DNA of 64,000 bases, from positions 32,552,001 to 32,616,000 of the forward strand of contig NC_086108.1 of NCBI RefSeq assembly GCF_963921235.1. Reading direction: 5' to 3'. Under the pieces are notes generated by a model. The model searched no databases, was not told the origin of the DNA, and was given only the letters and a program-made list of their open reading frames with translations. Both the position numbers and the translations under genes were made by a program. This document shows, one piece after another, positions 14,395 through 29,433 of this stretch. The stretch is from Mobula hypostoma (taxonomy: Eukaryota). Every line of letters begins with the position of its first letter. Position 1 is the stretch's first letter.

Positions 14395-14785
14395 AATGGT
14401 TGGGTTGTTTTGGTGGATGGGACTCGAGCACTGCCAACTGTGGCTGACATCTAGTAGGAAAACTCTGATCTCAAACTTCCGCAGCTTTGTGGCTACACCC
14501 ACTCACGGGGAAGGCTTTAGGACTAAACCCCAAGGAAAACTCAGGAGCTGAAGTCCCTAAAGTAGTCCTCTGGAGTTCAATGCTGACTGTCAACTCCTGC
14601 GACATCACTAGTGCCAAACTACATCTGCCTCTACCATTACTTTGAATTCATCAGCAGCATGGAGAAGGAGAGCCTGCTACATTGGCAACAGCTTGCTCTT
14701 CATATTGTACTGCCTCGGCTTGAATACGGTGTAGACAGCTGGGATCTAATAGCCATGGTCAACACTGACCAACGGAGGGCCCCAG
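14395..14785 (+). repeat. Interspersed repeat, tentatively RTE-clade 5'UTR-derived
   Basis: Strong similarity to 15279-15615 and 18320-18492 (ggaaaactctgatctcaaac..ctgactg.caactcctg..ggtgccaa); family assignment from memory only. Confidence 0.5.
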
Positions 14786-15278
14786 AAGTTGGGCTGGGAA
14801 AAATGCAGGCAAAGAAATTTTGGAGCTGGTGAGGCCAAGTGATAAACAGTGAATATGCTTGAATAGATCCACGCAAGTTGCAGGAACAGGGATGTAGGAT
14901 TTGAAACTCAGTTGAACATTTATAGAGACTATGATTTGCTTGGATTAGTTAGAAAGACAAGACAAAATGGTGAATAATATCTAGAGCAAAGGTGCCCAAA
15001 TTTATAGTGTCACAAGAAAAAGCAATTCTAACTTTCCTGCCATGGCTGCCAATCTAATGCAAAGTGATAAGAGTTGAGAGGAAAAAGATAAAAATGAGCT
15101 TTATCAACACAACAACCCACATGCTGATGGATACTGTTTACAGTAGCCTAAAAAAGTTACCAACATGAAGCTTCCAGATTCTAATGTAAAACTGAAGGGA
15201 TTTGTCTTCACTGACAGGTTCATTACTAGCTGGGAAACAAATTAGAATGAATTGAAGAAAATGCAGTCTCTGAAGACC

Positions 15279-15615
15279 AGCAGAACCATTTCTACTGATA
15301 CGAGAAGGGAAAAGATGGGTTACTGAGCCTTAAAACCAGTTGCTTTGGGCAGATGGGGCTCGTCTGCCATGTTTGGCCGCTCATCTACAAGGAAAACTCT
15401 GATCTCAAACCTCCGCTACCTTACGGCTATACCCACTCATGAGGAAGGCTTCGGGAGTATACCATGAGGAAAAATCCAGAGCTGGAGTCCCAAAGGCAGT
15501 CCTATGTTATGCTCAAATGCTGACTGGCAACTCCTGTGATGTTGCTGGTGCCAAGCTATCAATCTCTGCCATTCCTTTGGATTCATCAGCTGTGCAGACA
15601 GAGGACATTCTGCTG
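15279..15615 (+). repeat. Second copy of the same interspersed repeat
   Basis: Direct similarity to 14395-14785 and 18320-18492. Confidence 0.55.
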
Positions 15616-16103
15616 AATGGGGAAGAATCTCTAATGGAGCAGCAAGGTAGACAATAACAAAAGTTTGCAAGAACAGCGCTTTACTCATTAGAGAACGGGG
15701 AAAATGATTAGAAGACACTACTGTAAACATTATCTACCAGATATTGCATACTCTGTTTTGAGTATTTTTTTAAACCAAATTGACACTTCAATGAGCCACT
15801 AGTAATAGCAAAAATAAAAACAATGGATGTATACAACAGCCTTTCCAGAGGCATAGTTGATTAATGATCAAGGTATGAGTTAAGTAATACAGTAGTTCTA
15901 TTTTTAAAAGAACACCTGGGCAAATCCAGGGGAAGGGTGCTTATTAAACACAGAATGGACCTTGGCTCACATACCTCACAAATAGTTCCAAAACAAGATT
16001 ACCACACTCATAGCTCTGTACACAAACAAAACAACTTTCAACAAAAGTACTGGACATGTTACTTAACACTGTTTTGATTAACTCCATTCTTGTAGAAACT
16101 TAC

Positions 16104-16237
16104 CATCCCCTTGCCCAGTATGCTTGTTATTGGTTTGGGCCCAGGTTTTCACAACTGGTGCCTCTGGTGCTTTTGAAGCTGGGGGATCCGAGCTAGGTGG
16201 CTGCGGTTCTTGTACCTGGACTTCTGTGGCAATGCTA
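16104..16237 (-). CDS. PRRC2C: PRRC2C exon 4 (..VVKTWAQTNNKHTGQGD)
   Basis: NAGNAG acceptor ttcag|tag|C, donor ATG|gtaagt; 134 nt, phase 2 to 1. Confidence 0.88.
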
Positions 16238-16669
16238 CTGAAATCACAATACTGATATTAGCTCTCATACAAATCTATTCCATTCAAATTGCACTGACTT
16301 GAACAATTAACTGTTGTCCAAAATATTTCTATTTTCTTCCTTATTCCTTCAGAACAAAATTATTTAAATGTCATAATATCAAATGCAACTAAAAAAAAAA
16401 ACACCAATCATTCTTAAAAACTCTGCTGTCAATGGAGGAAGACAGTGGACTGGTGATGTTTCATCTCAGGAAGCAACGATGATCCACCATTAAAAAAAGT
16501 TAGATGTCAATGAGTTCTTCATTTTAAAAGAGAAAAAACCAACATATTTTATATGCTTAGATTTATAACAGGTATCACAAGAAAATCTTACTACAGATAA
16601 ATAAATTTCCATATATTGGAAGCTGCAATAAAATTTATGGATTTAATTGATGTGGAACAATAAAATTCA

Positions 16670-16894
<225 letters not shown>

Positions 16895-17375
16895 TCAACT
16901 ACACACAGCTTTTATTTTGTACAAATGCTTTTTGTTAACAATTTTCAATTGCATAGCACCAATTTCCTTCTAAAATTCAAAATTTCTCAGTATCATGACT
17001 ACATTCATTAACTCATTTGCATATCTCTGTTCAAGACATAGCGGAATTGGACCTCAATTTTAAAATATTTTTGTTCACACCCAAACAAGTTATGACCTGT
17101 AATAAATGATAACTACTTCATAAGATTCCATTTGATTATTTTATAGGATTTTGGTCTTACAATAACTAATTAAGAAAAAGAATTGCACAGCTCCAGTGCA
17201 CTAATTCTTGTTAAAAAGGTAAGTGTTCATCTCACTACATGTTTTTCCAATTTTCACCATGGTAATAATAGACATATTGACCAGAAGTATCCCTTTGAGA
17301 TGGAACAGAATTATGGTAGGGTGACTCGATAAAGATAAACCTGTACCCAAAGAAAAAGAAGATGCTTAAACACTA

Positions 17376-17558
<183 letters not shown>

Positions 17559-18319
17559 TCATCGAGTCTGATAAGGCCTAGATCACATCCAGAACCAGTC
17601 ACCAGCTGTAAAGAAACAATTTCAAAGAATCTTAAAAGATAAGGTTTCTAATCTCAGAAAAGTTAAAGACACTACTAAGAAATCTTGTCATAAAGACTTG
17701 TTACAGTTCTAACTTGCTCATAAGTAAACTGCTGAATTTAAAATATTAAAGAATATCTAAAATCCCCTACTGAGATTACTGAGAACTTTTCAACAACATT
17801 CTAGAAATACAATTATTTTAACATCTGACAATATTTTTTCCTTCCTTTTTAAGCAGGACACAATAGCCTTCAGCTCACGTGTCCTAATATAATACATCTG
17901 TAGAAAATTATCTGCCTTTTCTTCACATAAATAAACAAGAAATTCTGTGCAAGAGAAATTGCAGAGGAGTACGCAAATTTCCCTGGCCATTGGTTATTAG
18001 CACCCCAACACATTTTTAAATTACTTATTTTCAATATCATTATTGCATGATAGATATTACAGTGAACTACAGCAAAGTTAGATGCCAAATTATCGGGATC
18101 ACAGATTATTTTACCACTGGCAAAGTCAAATCACTAAATAGCTTGGAGGATGAACTTATCAGATGTACAAGAAAATCAATAGATCAAGAAACCAACCAGT
18201 GAATAGGCTATTTAAATTCATATATTTCCAATGTCAAAGGCACAATTAATTATTTTGTGGTTAAAGGTGTTCCTTAAGGTTGCTATTGCAGGGAGGGGGG
18301 AATAGTTAGTAAAAGCTAA

Positions 18320-18492
18320 TGGTGTGAGTCTCAAATAGCCTCTGTTAAACAGGTCGAGCAGAACCATTTCTACCGACAGGAGAAGGGGCAAAGTCGGGTC
18401 ACTGCCGCCATGAAACCAGACACTTTGGGCAAATGGGACTCATCAGCCATGGTTGGCAGCTCATTTAGAAGGAAATCTCTGATCTCAAACCT
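18320..18492 (+). repeat. Third copy of the RTE-like repeat
   Basis: cagaaccatttctac..gagaaggg..ctctgatctcaaacc shared with the 15279 copy. Confidence 0.55.
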
Positions 18493-21400
18493 GTAACCTA
18501 AAAATTACAGACTTCAATAGTAGGCAAAATGCAAGAATCTAAAGTATCAGCAAAGAAAAGGCAATAACAAAAGTTTGCCAAGGACAGTGCCTTCGAGAGA
18601 GCTGGGAAAATGAATAGAAGACCCCACTGTAAACACTATCTACCCAGATATTGCACATCTCTTTTTTGAGTATTTTTAAACTGAATTGACACTTCATTCC
18701 TAATAATAGCAAAATAGAAACAATGGATGTATATAATAGCCTTTACAGAGAAAAGATTAATTAATGACCAAGGCACGAGTTAAATAATACAGAAGTTTGT
18801 TTTAAAAGAACACCTAGGCAAAACAGAGGGAGGGGTGCTTATTAAACAGTAAAGTCAGCAGAAAAAGGACCTTGCTCAGGAGATCAAGTGAAATGCATTT
18901 GGATGGAGCAGTAAAGGGCAGAAAACATTTGTGGGATTGGTTTAAATGCCCTGAAACAGCTGTGATTATGGATGCAGTTATAAAATAAAATAAACAGGAA
19001 ATTAGAGGTGTACTTAACAAGGACAACATGGGAACATTCATTTAGTCTAGGATAATTCTGATGGCAAAACCTCAGATCAGAAGGGTATCCCTTTAGAAAA
19101 AAAGATGAGGAGTTTCATCAGATGGGGTGAATCTGTGGAATATTGCAACATTTAGCTACGGAGGCCAATTCATTGGGCATAGTTAAGGCGATGGTTGATA
19201 AATTCTTAATTAGTAAGGGTGTCAAAGGCTATGGGATTGAGAAGGAAAATAAATTAGCCAAGATCGAATGGCAGAATAGACGTGATAGACCAAATGTCCT
19301 AATTTGCTCCTTTGTCGTATGGTCTCAAGTGCAAAAGATGATTTTTTTAAAAAAAGTTCAGTTGGTGCAGGAGAAGCGTCTATTTTAGATCTGGTGCTCT
19401 TTACTGAGTTAGTTTCGATTACGGCAGTTAATGATGCTTTAGAGCATACAAATAAATATGTAAAAATGAAATTGATTTAGTTCAATGAGCATAGGATCTT
19501 AAATCTAAAAAAATTATAACACATTAAGTACATTGGCTATAGTATACTAGGCAATAGCTTTAAAAGTGACTGTGAAGAAGCAGCTAACATTTAAAACATA
19601 TCCTTTTAAGGCAGAAAAGAGGAAAAGTAGCCTTGCCTATATAACCAAGTAAAACATTACAAAGGGGAGAAAAAAATCAGAACAAAAAGCACCAAAGCAT
19701 TGATAAGGAAAAGGAAAGCACAACCAGAAAAGAATAGAAAGAAACAGGTTGGAAGGACTTTTATGGATGTGAAAAAGGAAAATCCATGCAACCGTGCTTT
19801 ATGGAAAAAGAATGGGAGATACTATGTTCCAAAAAGAAAATGCCTGAGAAATTAAACAATTCTTTTGTGTCTACCCTCAAGGAAACAGTGCAGTATAGCA
19901 GTGAGTACTCAAAGAAATGTTTGGAGAAATTTATCAATCTGAAATATCGGTGCCCGCAGAACCTGATTACAAAGATGTTGACCATGGAGACTGCTGGCAT
20001 CAAGTAAAATATGGGAAATGTCTTTACTCTTGCCATGGAAGGAATGTCATTTCAAGAGACGGCTCTGCACACTCAATTTTGTGAATTGGTTTGTGAACTA
20101 GCTTTCCTCAGGAATAGATGGATCAAAGCTTATGTTATAAGAGACATAATCTGTTCACAAGTCAGGGGAGAAAAGAATAAATAATCCTAGTGCCTGGATA
20201 TATCAATGTGTAAGTGTTGTTGAACTTGACATCACTGCAAATTCCTAATTGGTGTAGAATAAGCCTCCATATTTTTTAACATCTATTAAATAGTTTACCC
20301 AAAGTTCAAAACATGAGACACACAAGGAAGGTTTATTGAACTTATGGGATTGAGAAATGGGCAGCCCAATTTCCATGGTAAGTGCACTAGGTATCGTGGA
20401 GGTAAAACCTTCAGTTGAATTTCTACAACAAAATGAAAGAAATTGTGAACGGACATGATGAAAATATGCAAAGGACTAACACTTTTAGGTAAACAGCAGG
20501 TGAATGTTGCTTTGGAAATGCTCTATATTTTATGACATGGGAGACAAGACAAACTGAATTATTGACCAAGTAAATAATGAAACTACTCAACATACTAAGG
20601 ATACATTTGTATAGCCCACATCTCATAGTTAGTTTCTGTAAATGGGTGTCAATATGATACAATTAAAGAATTACAGGGATCTTGATTGGATTTTGGATGA
20701 ACTGAGGGAATGGACAGGAAGCAGGCTGTGACATTAGGGAATTTATTTTGAGAAATCAACTCCTTGGATTGTAGAGTAATTATTAATATTTCTTAACATA
20801 GATACAACCCAACATATCTGGTATCCAAAGTTCATAATGTGGAGTTTGGGTTTCGATTACTAACCCACCCAACTAAGCAATAAAATGGCAAGAATGCACA
20901 AACTGCTACATTATGAACTGAGTCCAAGGCCCTACTCTGGCTGCTCTGAGGATTCAGGTCTATGGACTAAATTTGGCTCAGAATACTATTGCGTGCTTTT
21001 TAATTGGGTTCTTTTCGAGTTTCTTGCTTTGTGGCAGCCTGTAAGTGGACAAATCTCAAAGTTGTATAATTTATACAAACTTTGATCAAATAAATGTACT
21101 TTGAGTCTTTGAAGTGACCAAGTGATTCCTGTCATCAGAAGGGCGAGTATTAGATCTGGTTAAGAGTAAACAGATTATGAGTTTGCTTCTTATAACTATT
21201 CGCTATCTACCTTGCTTGTTAATAAAAGGACATTTCTAAAATTTGCTTTGGCAAATGATCCTATCACATTGCCATTTCAAGTATACATTACAAAAACAGA
21301 TCCTTAAATTACAGTTTGCCTAACTTAATCCTAACATTGGTTTCCGAAGTTTCAAGGGACTTGGTTTTGGCTGAACAAGTACTACCCAAGCCTGCCGTAA

Positions 21401-22359
21401 AACCACCCATTTAACTCTGCCCTTACCCCCACGTTTAATTTAAATGCAAAGTGGGACAGAATTCTTAACCATAATGAAGCCATAGTTAGTCTATAGGATA
21501 AATGATTGATTACTAAATTCATGTGGATTTTACTAATGATATTTTACAGAATTCCCCCTTTTGGAATAAAGTTTGAAATTGTGGTCTGAATATTAACGTA
21601 CATTCTTGCATTCATATGGTTCCTACATTATTATTGTTCTACTCCTTGGTCGAATGATTTTCTAGTAATTTATTTTCCTAATATTTTTCGGTGTCACCTT
21701 AAACAATTTAAGTTTACGTTCTAAATGCCATTCCAAGTCTCTTTAGAGACTGTTTTACTTTTTGATGAGTAATACCTACTTATACCTCATTGTATTTTAC
21801 TAATTAATGCTATACACACCAACATATACTGTAATATAAAATTAGATATTCTTTTTAAATATTCAATATAAGCATATATTGATATGTTTAACATTTATTG
21901 ATATTACAATATCTATATTTTACAGTACATGACATTTTGCTAATATTTTCAATTTACCAATATTATTTGATATGGACCTGAATTGTTTAGTTCCTCGTGG
22001 CTTGTATTCACCCTGATACATAAATTAACGCAATCTGCAGAATTTTCTGTTTGTTTGGGGCGGGGGCAGAAAGAAGAGATCCTGGCTATGAATTAAAATA
22101 TGACCAACTTCTAATTGGAACAAGTCATGAACAGTGGAAGTAAACAAACCAACTGTCATTGCTCTTGCCATGTGGTAGAAGGCATACAAGCCACCGTTTT
22201 GTGAGATGGTTTGGCAACCTCCACTTTGTGAACTGGCTTTGCTCTGGAATAGCTAGATCAAAGCAATTAAAATTGCACGCAACGTGGCTCCTCCAGATAA
22301 TCTGATAACTAAAGGTCATTTCCAAATTGAAGATGTTTGTGAGATGTTCTTTGAAGAGA

Positions 22360-24480
22360 CAGAAATAGGAACAGAATTAGGCCATTCAGCCCATCAAGCT
22401 TTTTTCTACTACTGATTTATTGTTGCTGTCAACCTCATTCTCTTGTCATATCCCTAGAACCTTTGATGTCCTCACTAACCAAGAACCTATTAACCTCCAC
22501 TTTAAACTTAACTAGCCTCCACAGCTGTCTACAGCAACGAATTTCATAGATTCACCACTCTCCGGCTAAAGAAACCTCATCTCTACTCTAAAGGGGCACC
22601 CTCTGTCCCAGATTCCCCCCACCATAGGAAACTTCCTCTTCACGTACACTCTATCTAGGCCTTTCAATATACAATAGATTTCAATGAGATTCCTCCCCCA
22701 TCATCTATGTTCCTTATACACAACTCTTTAATTCCTGGGACCATTCTCATAAAGTTCCTCAGGATCCTTTCCAATGGCAGCTCAACATTTCTTGGATAAG
22801 GGGTCCAAAACTGCTCACAATAGTCCAAATGTGGTCTCACCAATGCCTCAAAGCTTCGGCTTTACATCCTTGCTTTTATATTCCAGTCCTCATAAAACAA
22901 ATACTACCACTGTATTTGCCTTCCTTATTGCTGACTCAACCTGCAAAGATGCACAATTCTCTAACGAATGGATGTCCCAATAAACATATCACATACACTA
23001 CATAAACCAAAATATTACCAGAAATAGAATTCGAAATGCATGTAGTGCATATCACAGGCAAATAATAAATAGCTTATTTTTACTAGTGATGAGACTTCGA
23101 TGGTGGCAGGGTTGATTTCACAACCTGAAGGAAGAAATTGTTATCCAATCCGGCAGTCCCAGACCTGATGCTCTTATATCTCCTCCCTGATGAGTGAATC
23201 AAAGATCAAGAGATAGGTGGTAGGAATTCTCAACAATGTATCAGGGCCCTCGCCTACAGTGCTCCTGTTAAATGTCACAAATAGGGGGAAGGGAGACTGT
23301 AACCTTGTTTAGTAGCCTCATGTGTGGGACCTTATCAAAGACCTTCTGAAAAGCCAACAACATCCACTGACCCTCCTTTGTCTACCCTGACTGCGATTTC
23401 CACAAATATTTCCAACAGATTTGTCAGGCAAGACTTTCCCTAGTGAAACCATGCTGACTTCAGCCTATTTTATTATGTGCCACCAAATACCCGAAACATC
23501 CTTAATAATGGACATCTTCCTAACTGGCCTATAATTTCCTGTCTTTTGTTTCCCTTTCTTAAAGAGTGGAGTGACATTTGCAATTTTTCAATCCCCCAGA
23601 ACCACTTCAGAATCCAGTGATTCTTGAAAGATCAGTACTAATGCCTCCACAATCTCTTGAGCTACTTTTCAAAATCCTGGGGTAGTCTATCTTGTGCAGG
23701 TGACTTAACTACCTTCAGACCTTCCACCTTCCCAAGCACTTCTCGTTAGTAATGGCAACTACACTCACTTCTGCACCGACACGGTCAAATTTCTGACATA
23801 CTATTATTGAGTTTGTCTGCCATTTACTTGACCCACATCACTATATCTCCAGTGCCAATCTTCAGTGGTCCAATATCCACTCTTGCTTTTTACTGTTTAT
23901 ATATTTGAAACAAAACTTTTGCAGAAACTCCAGTCATTGCTGATCCGTTGGCATGCCTGCTAGTATCCCCTTCCAATCAAATTTGGTCAGCTCCTCTCTC
24001 AAGCCTCTAATTCCCTTTACTCCACCACAATACCAATGCATCTGATTTTAGCTTCTTCTTCTCAAACTGCAGGGTGAATTCTATCATATGATGATCATTG
24101 TCTCCTAGGGGATTCCTCACTTTAAGCTCCCTATTCAACTTTGGTTCATTACACAACCACCAATCCAGAATTGCATCTTCCCTAGCGGGCTCAGTCACCA
24201 GCTGCTCTAAAAAGCCATCTCAAAGGCATTCTGCAAATTCTATCTCTTGGGATCCAGGCCCTACCTGATTTTCCCAATATGCCTGCATATTGAAATTCCC
24301 CATGACCATCATAACATTGCCCTTTTTACATGCTTTTTCTATCTTTTATTGTAATTTATATACCTCATTCTGGCTATTGTTCAGAGGCCTGTAAATAACT
24401 CCCATCAGGATCTTTTTACCCTTGCAGTTTCTTAAGTCCACTCACAAGTCAGCAACTTCCAATCATGTGTCATTTCTTTC
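22360..24480 (-). mobile_element. Degraded CR1 LINE fragments (3' end 22360-22945; EN/RT pieces 23310-24480)
   Basis: Peptide EPAREDAILDW.LCNE..LGDNDHHMIEF (APE-type endonuclease) and CR1 3'UTR. Confidence 0.8.
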
Positions 24481-26544
24481 TGCCTTGGACCAGAGCCAAT
24501 GAAAAAACTGACATCAACCAGATTGGCCAGAGCCTACAAAATTGAAACAGTTTAAACTGATAAGAACAAGGGGCTTTGGATGTGAAGCAGCAAGAACTCT
24601 GGAGACTATCACAGGGATGATCCCATGCTAGGGACAGGAAGAAAGATCAATTGCTTGGCCAACAGCAGACCCCTTTTCTAAGTGCTGTTGGAATGGTGAT
24701 CTGAGTGAATAGTGGTACGAAGGAGTAACAACATGCATGATTTAAATTGTTTGCTGGAACAGGGTTAACAACTTATGCCAATATTTGTGTAAAGACAATA
24801 AAGCGCAAGTTTCGTATTACGAATCGAGTAGTGATTAGCACAACCTTGTCAGTTTGTTATCGGTCAGAGTAAGTGGATGCATTGACTGTCATCTCTCAAA
24901 ATTGCACTGATTCTAGAACAGCTCTCACAATGGAAGGTGGCAATGTAATAGAGCACTAGAGAACATAGTGCTCCAATGACAAAATAGAGAAAATAATGAC
25001 AGATTGGTTAAGCTCAAATCAGTAATAAGGAAACTACAGGAATCTATCAGTAAGGAAGTAGTAAGGAAGAGTACAAAGATTCAAAGGGCCAATTTAATGT
25101 TACAATATACATCCTGAAATGCTTTTTCTTCACAAACATCCACGAAAACAGAAGTGCCCCAAAGAATGAATGACAATTAAATGTGAGAACCCCAAAGGCC
25201 CCCTCCCAACCCGCCCTCCTGCTCATAAGCGGCAACGAGCAACAATCCTCCCTTCCCCCCCACTGGCAAAAAAAGCAAGCCTAAGCACTACTACCGAGCA
25301 CTCAAGCATGAGCAAAGCAACAGTAAAGACACAGACACAGTTACCCCAAAGACTTCGCGTTTCATCAGGCATTTGACATACCACAGGTTCTCTCTCTCTC
25401 TCTCTCTCGTAAGGGAGAGGGAGGTTTCTCCATTTTCCCAGTGAGTGGGGAGACATAACAAACAACTCGCTGGTTTACGATGTTTAAAGAGTCCATTATG
25501 TCACTTTTTCTAAGCTCTGTGCCTGAAGATTGCGAAGATCGCTAAAATCCCGGGTCTATGGGCACACAGCAGCAGTAGATTTTCCAGCTCTCCCGACGAC
25601 ACACGGGTCTCCTGCCGTGACACCGACCCTCAATCCACCCGTCTCCAGAGCCCCGAGATCTTAGGCTTCCAAATACGAGCCAGACTCTCAGGCCGAACCC
25701 TTGGTATGCCAAACAACAGCCAGTCCTGACAGGTTCTCCCAGATTACAAATGTGCAGCCTATATACAGCCTACACACATACAAACAAGCATTCGGGATAC
25801 TGGCAAGATGGGTTTGCCAGCTGCTATGAGGCTGCAAGCATCTTCTGCTGCGTAGGAATATCTAATAGTTGAGTTAAATACCTTGGTGTAATTCCCTCAG
25901 TTGGCTTATATATTATTAAATATATTGTCCAACGGCCACATATCTGACCATGTCACAAGATGGAGAGGACTAGTATCTTGAAAATTGGGATGAGACAATG
26001 TGAAACCATATTTGATGGATCCATTGAGAGTTTTGGAACTGTAACTAGAAAATTATTGGATAAATATCCTTGTATGCATTATATTTATAAGGATTGGCTG
26101 AGGAACAAAATGGGGCTTTTGGGTTGGAAGAATATTAGTGGGATACAACTGATCTCTGCAGGGGCCAAGTGTTCATGCTTTGGACGAGTGTGATGGTTGA
26201 AAAAATGGTGACAAACAGGAGAACATGTGATGGTGATAGGAAAAATGGGAGTCAAGCAAAATACTTGAAGATAGAATAAGTAATAATTGACTGAGATTTT
26301 TGGAACCAGTTTTGTGTCACTAAAATTCTCACAAGGTTCCTCTTTCCCCTACTCCAAGCAAAGACTCAACTACATTTTGTATTAGCAATTATACTATGTT
26401 TTCTAATTCACCATAATCATCAAGCAACTGAGTGCAAGTTATTTTGAAGGACTATTCATGTGCTCTGGTTATTTTTGTTTACTGTATAACCTCTCAATTC
26501 TAGTATAATTTCTGCAAATGAAACCATTTTGATAACAAAGCTAC

Positions 26545-27200
26545 AATGCTTGCGATTCTTCTCTATATTGGTGAAACCCAGTGTAAACTGGGGGACCATT
26601 TTGTCGAGCACCTCAGCACCATCCACAATAAGATGAATTTCCCAGTGGCCAAAAATTTAAATTCCCGTCCCAACATGTCACCATGTGGCCACCCTCAGAG
26701 TGGAGAAGCAACACCTTGTATTCTCTCCAGTTAGCTTCCAACTTGATGGCACGAATACTGATTTCTCCTCCTGCTAAAATTGATTTTTTTCCTCCTCTCT
26801 CTTCTACTGTTCCTCACTCTGGTCCCTTACAGCTTCTCCTCACTTGCTTATTACCCCCACCACCCCTGGTGCCCCTTCTCCTTTCCTTTCTCCCATGGTT
26901 CACTGCTCTCTGAGCAGATTCCTTCTTTGGCCCTTTCCACCGATCACCTCCCAGCCTCTTTCTTCACTCCCCCTTCCCCATCCTCCTGGCTTTACCTGTC
27001 TCCTTCTAGATTGCCCTCCTTCCCCCTCCCCCACTGTTTTACTCTGCTCTCTTTCCCCTTCCTTTCCAGTCCTGATGAAGGGTCTCAGCCTGAAATGTTG
27101 ACTGTTTATTAATTTCCATAGACGGCGCCTGACCTGAATTCCTCTGGCACTGTGTGCGCGCACTCACGCATGCTTGTTTGTTGCTCTGGATTTCTAGTAC
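26545..27200 (+). mobile_element. Penelope-like element 3' fragment (GIY-YIG remnant plus pLTR)
   Basis: LLYIGETQCKLGDHFVEHL..PVA; pyrimidine-rich tract; hammerhead-like motif. Confidence 0.8.
27067..27104 (+). ncRNA. Minimal type I hammerhead ribozyme motif
   Basis: cagtc-CTGATGA-aggg tctca gcct-GAAA-t-GTT-gactg: 5-bp stem I, both core boxes and an NUH triplet; stem III vestigial as in PLE hammerheads. Confidence 0.65.
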
Positions 27201-29433
27201 GTGCAGTCTGTGTTCAGCTTTGTAATCAGTTCAATACAAGTCGACAAAACATTATTTATTTGAAATAAAAGCAATATTACAAATGCTGATAATCTAAGGA
27301 TGTAGGATTTCTAAAGTGCAATTGATTATCCAGCTGCAATGGAAGAAGTTTCATTCCCTTTTCAGATTCTGCAGGACCTGCTAGCTACCTTTCACTACCT
27401 TCTGCAAATGCTATTTGATCATACTTTCAAAGAATTCTTTAGCAATGTGCTCAGCTTCTGGATACTGCTTTACCTATTAAAAGGAAAATGTACCATGTCT
27501 CACTTAGTTTTGCTTTATAATATTTTCATTAAGTACAACAAAAAAGTATTTCAAAATATTCAATGAAACTGAAATCAAAGGATTTTTGTACATTTATTAT
27601 CAAAGTATGCATGCAGTATACAACCATGAGATTCGTCTTGCCTAGACAGCTATGAAACAGACCCACGGAACCCATTGAAAGAAAAACATCAACCCCCCTC
27701 TCCCCATTGCAAGAAAAAACAAAACACCCACATGGCAAAAAAAGAGCGAAAACACCGAATATAAAATACAAAATAAAAAGGAATATTTCAGTTCAGCTCA
27801 ATGCTCATTATCTGCAGGCCGCCTAATTCAAAAATTGCCCAAAAGCAGCAACTAAAAAAGGAGCAATCATTTATAAATCACAAACACGAGATGCTGGAAA
27901 TCCAAAGTAACGCACACAGAATGCTGGAGGAACTCAGCAGGTCAAGCAGCATCGATGGAAGAGTAAATAGTCAACGTTTCAGGCCGAAACTTCCTGATGA
28001 AGCATTGAGTTCCTCCAGAATTATGTGTTACCAGTTATAAATGCTCCATTTATAAATAATGCATAGTTTCTAAATAAAACAAAACTTTATTTACATGGAG
28101 ACCATGCAAGTTCCCGGAACAATTCCAATCTTTCCCTTATCTCCTTGTACTCTACTCAATAATATGCCCAACTCTCATCAATTTTTAAAATTGCTTACAT
28201 ACATTAAGAGGAATTTACAACAATTAACATAATGCATCTTTGATATATGGGGGGAATTCAATGGATTTAGCAGAGAGAAAGTACAAATTCCTCACAGAAT
28301 GTACCCAAAGTTCCGACCAAAGCTGGTCCCTGGAGTATTAACCACAAAGACAGTTACAACCACCAAATGTAACCATACATGCTTACTAACAGCCTTCAGA
28401 AATAATACATTAGTTTTCATTTTCTTGACCAGTAGTAACCTTAGTCATATGCCAGGACTTCATTTTTATCAAGGTTTTGTTTTTTTTCCATTGTGCCTAT
28501 ACCAATCAGGGAAAACCAAATGAGTTCAGAAAACTAGGTCTATCATTGCTTCAGTGGGAGGGAGAATTGGGTGCAATGGTACAAATTTTTTCTTGCAAAA
28601 GATGTTGTACCATTGGAATGGCACATTAAGTATATGGGCAGCTGCAAAATGTTAAGGCAAAAATTCAACTTCAGATTGCTTTAATAACCAGTATACAAAA
28701 ACAGAAGATACAAATTAATAGCTGCATTCATTTCTCCTTTAAACTGCAATGCAAGGCTTTGCGTCACTGAATGCCAATTTTCTGCTTTAAAGTGCCACAG
28801 AAGGCTACGCAGTTTAAATGCTTAAAGTCATAAGGTATGAAAATTTAATTAACTGAAAATGTTACAGACCTTCAAGTAAAATTCCAGAGGATTATTAACT
28901 AAACTACCACTGAAACAGTTACTAGATGGTCAAGGCAATTTAAGACTTTCCACAACAGTTTTGTCATTAATATTTCAAAGAATCCATAAGAAATAATACT
29001 TAATCAAAAACTATTTTATGCAATTTAATATATGTCCTAACTTGCTAATTTACAAAATATTTATATGATATTTTATTACACTTCTTAGCCCTGACTTGAT
29101 CATATATTGCAGGCAATGCCTTTCATTAGCCATCATTCCTAGGTTTGCACTTCCCATTACCACATAATGCACATCAGTGCTTAGCTTTTAGTGGAAAACA
29201 ACCACAATGGTATTGCAGACGTCTAATGCCCTCTAGTTTTCAGACTATTATTACATAAGGCATAAAAGAGGTTTTTGGTATTAGTTTCAGTAACTTAAAC
29301 CAATTTCTATGAAATATACTTTTATCAACCAAAGCTAAACCTCAATTGATATAAAGTACATAACAAAAATTAATTTTGATAACTTGCCTAAAATTCCCCA
29401 GGAACTATACAATATAATGGAGCAGACATGCAA

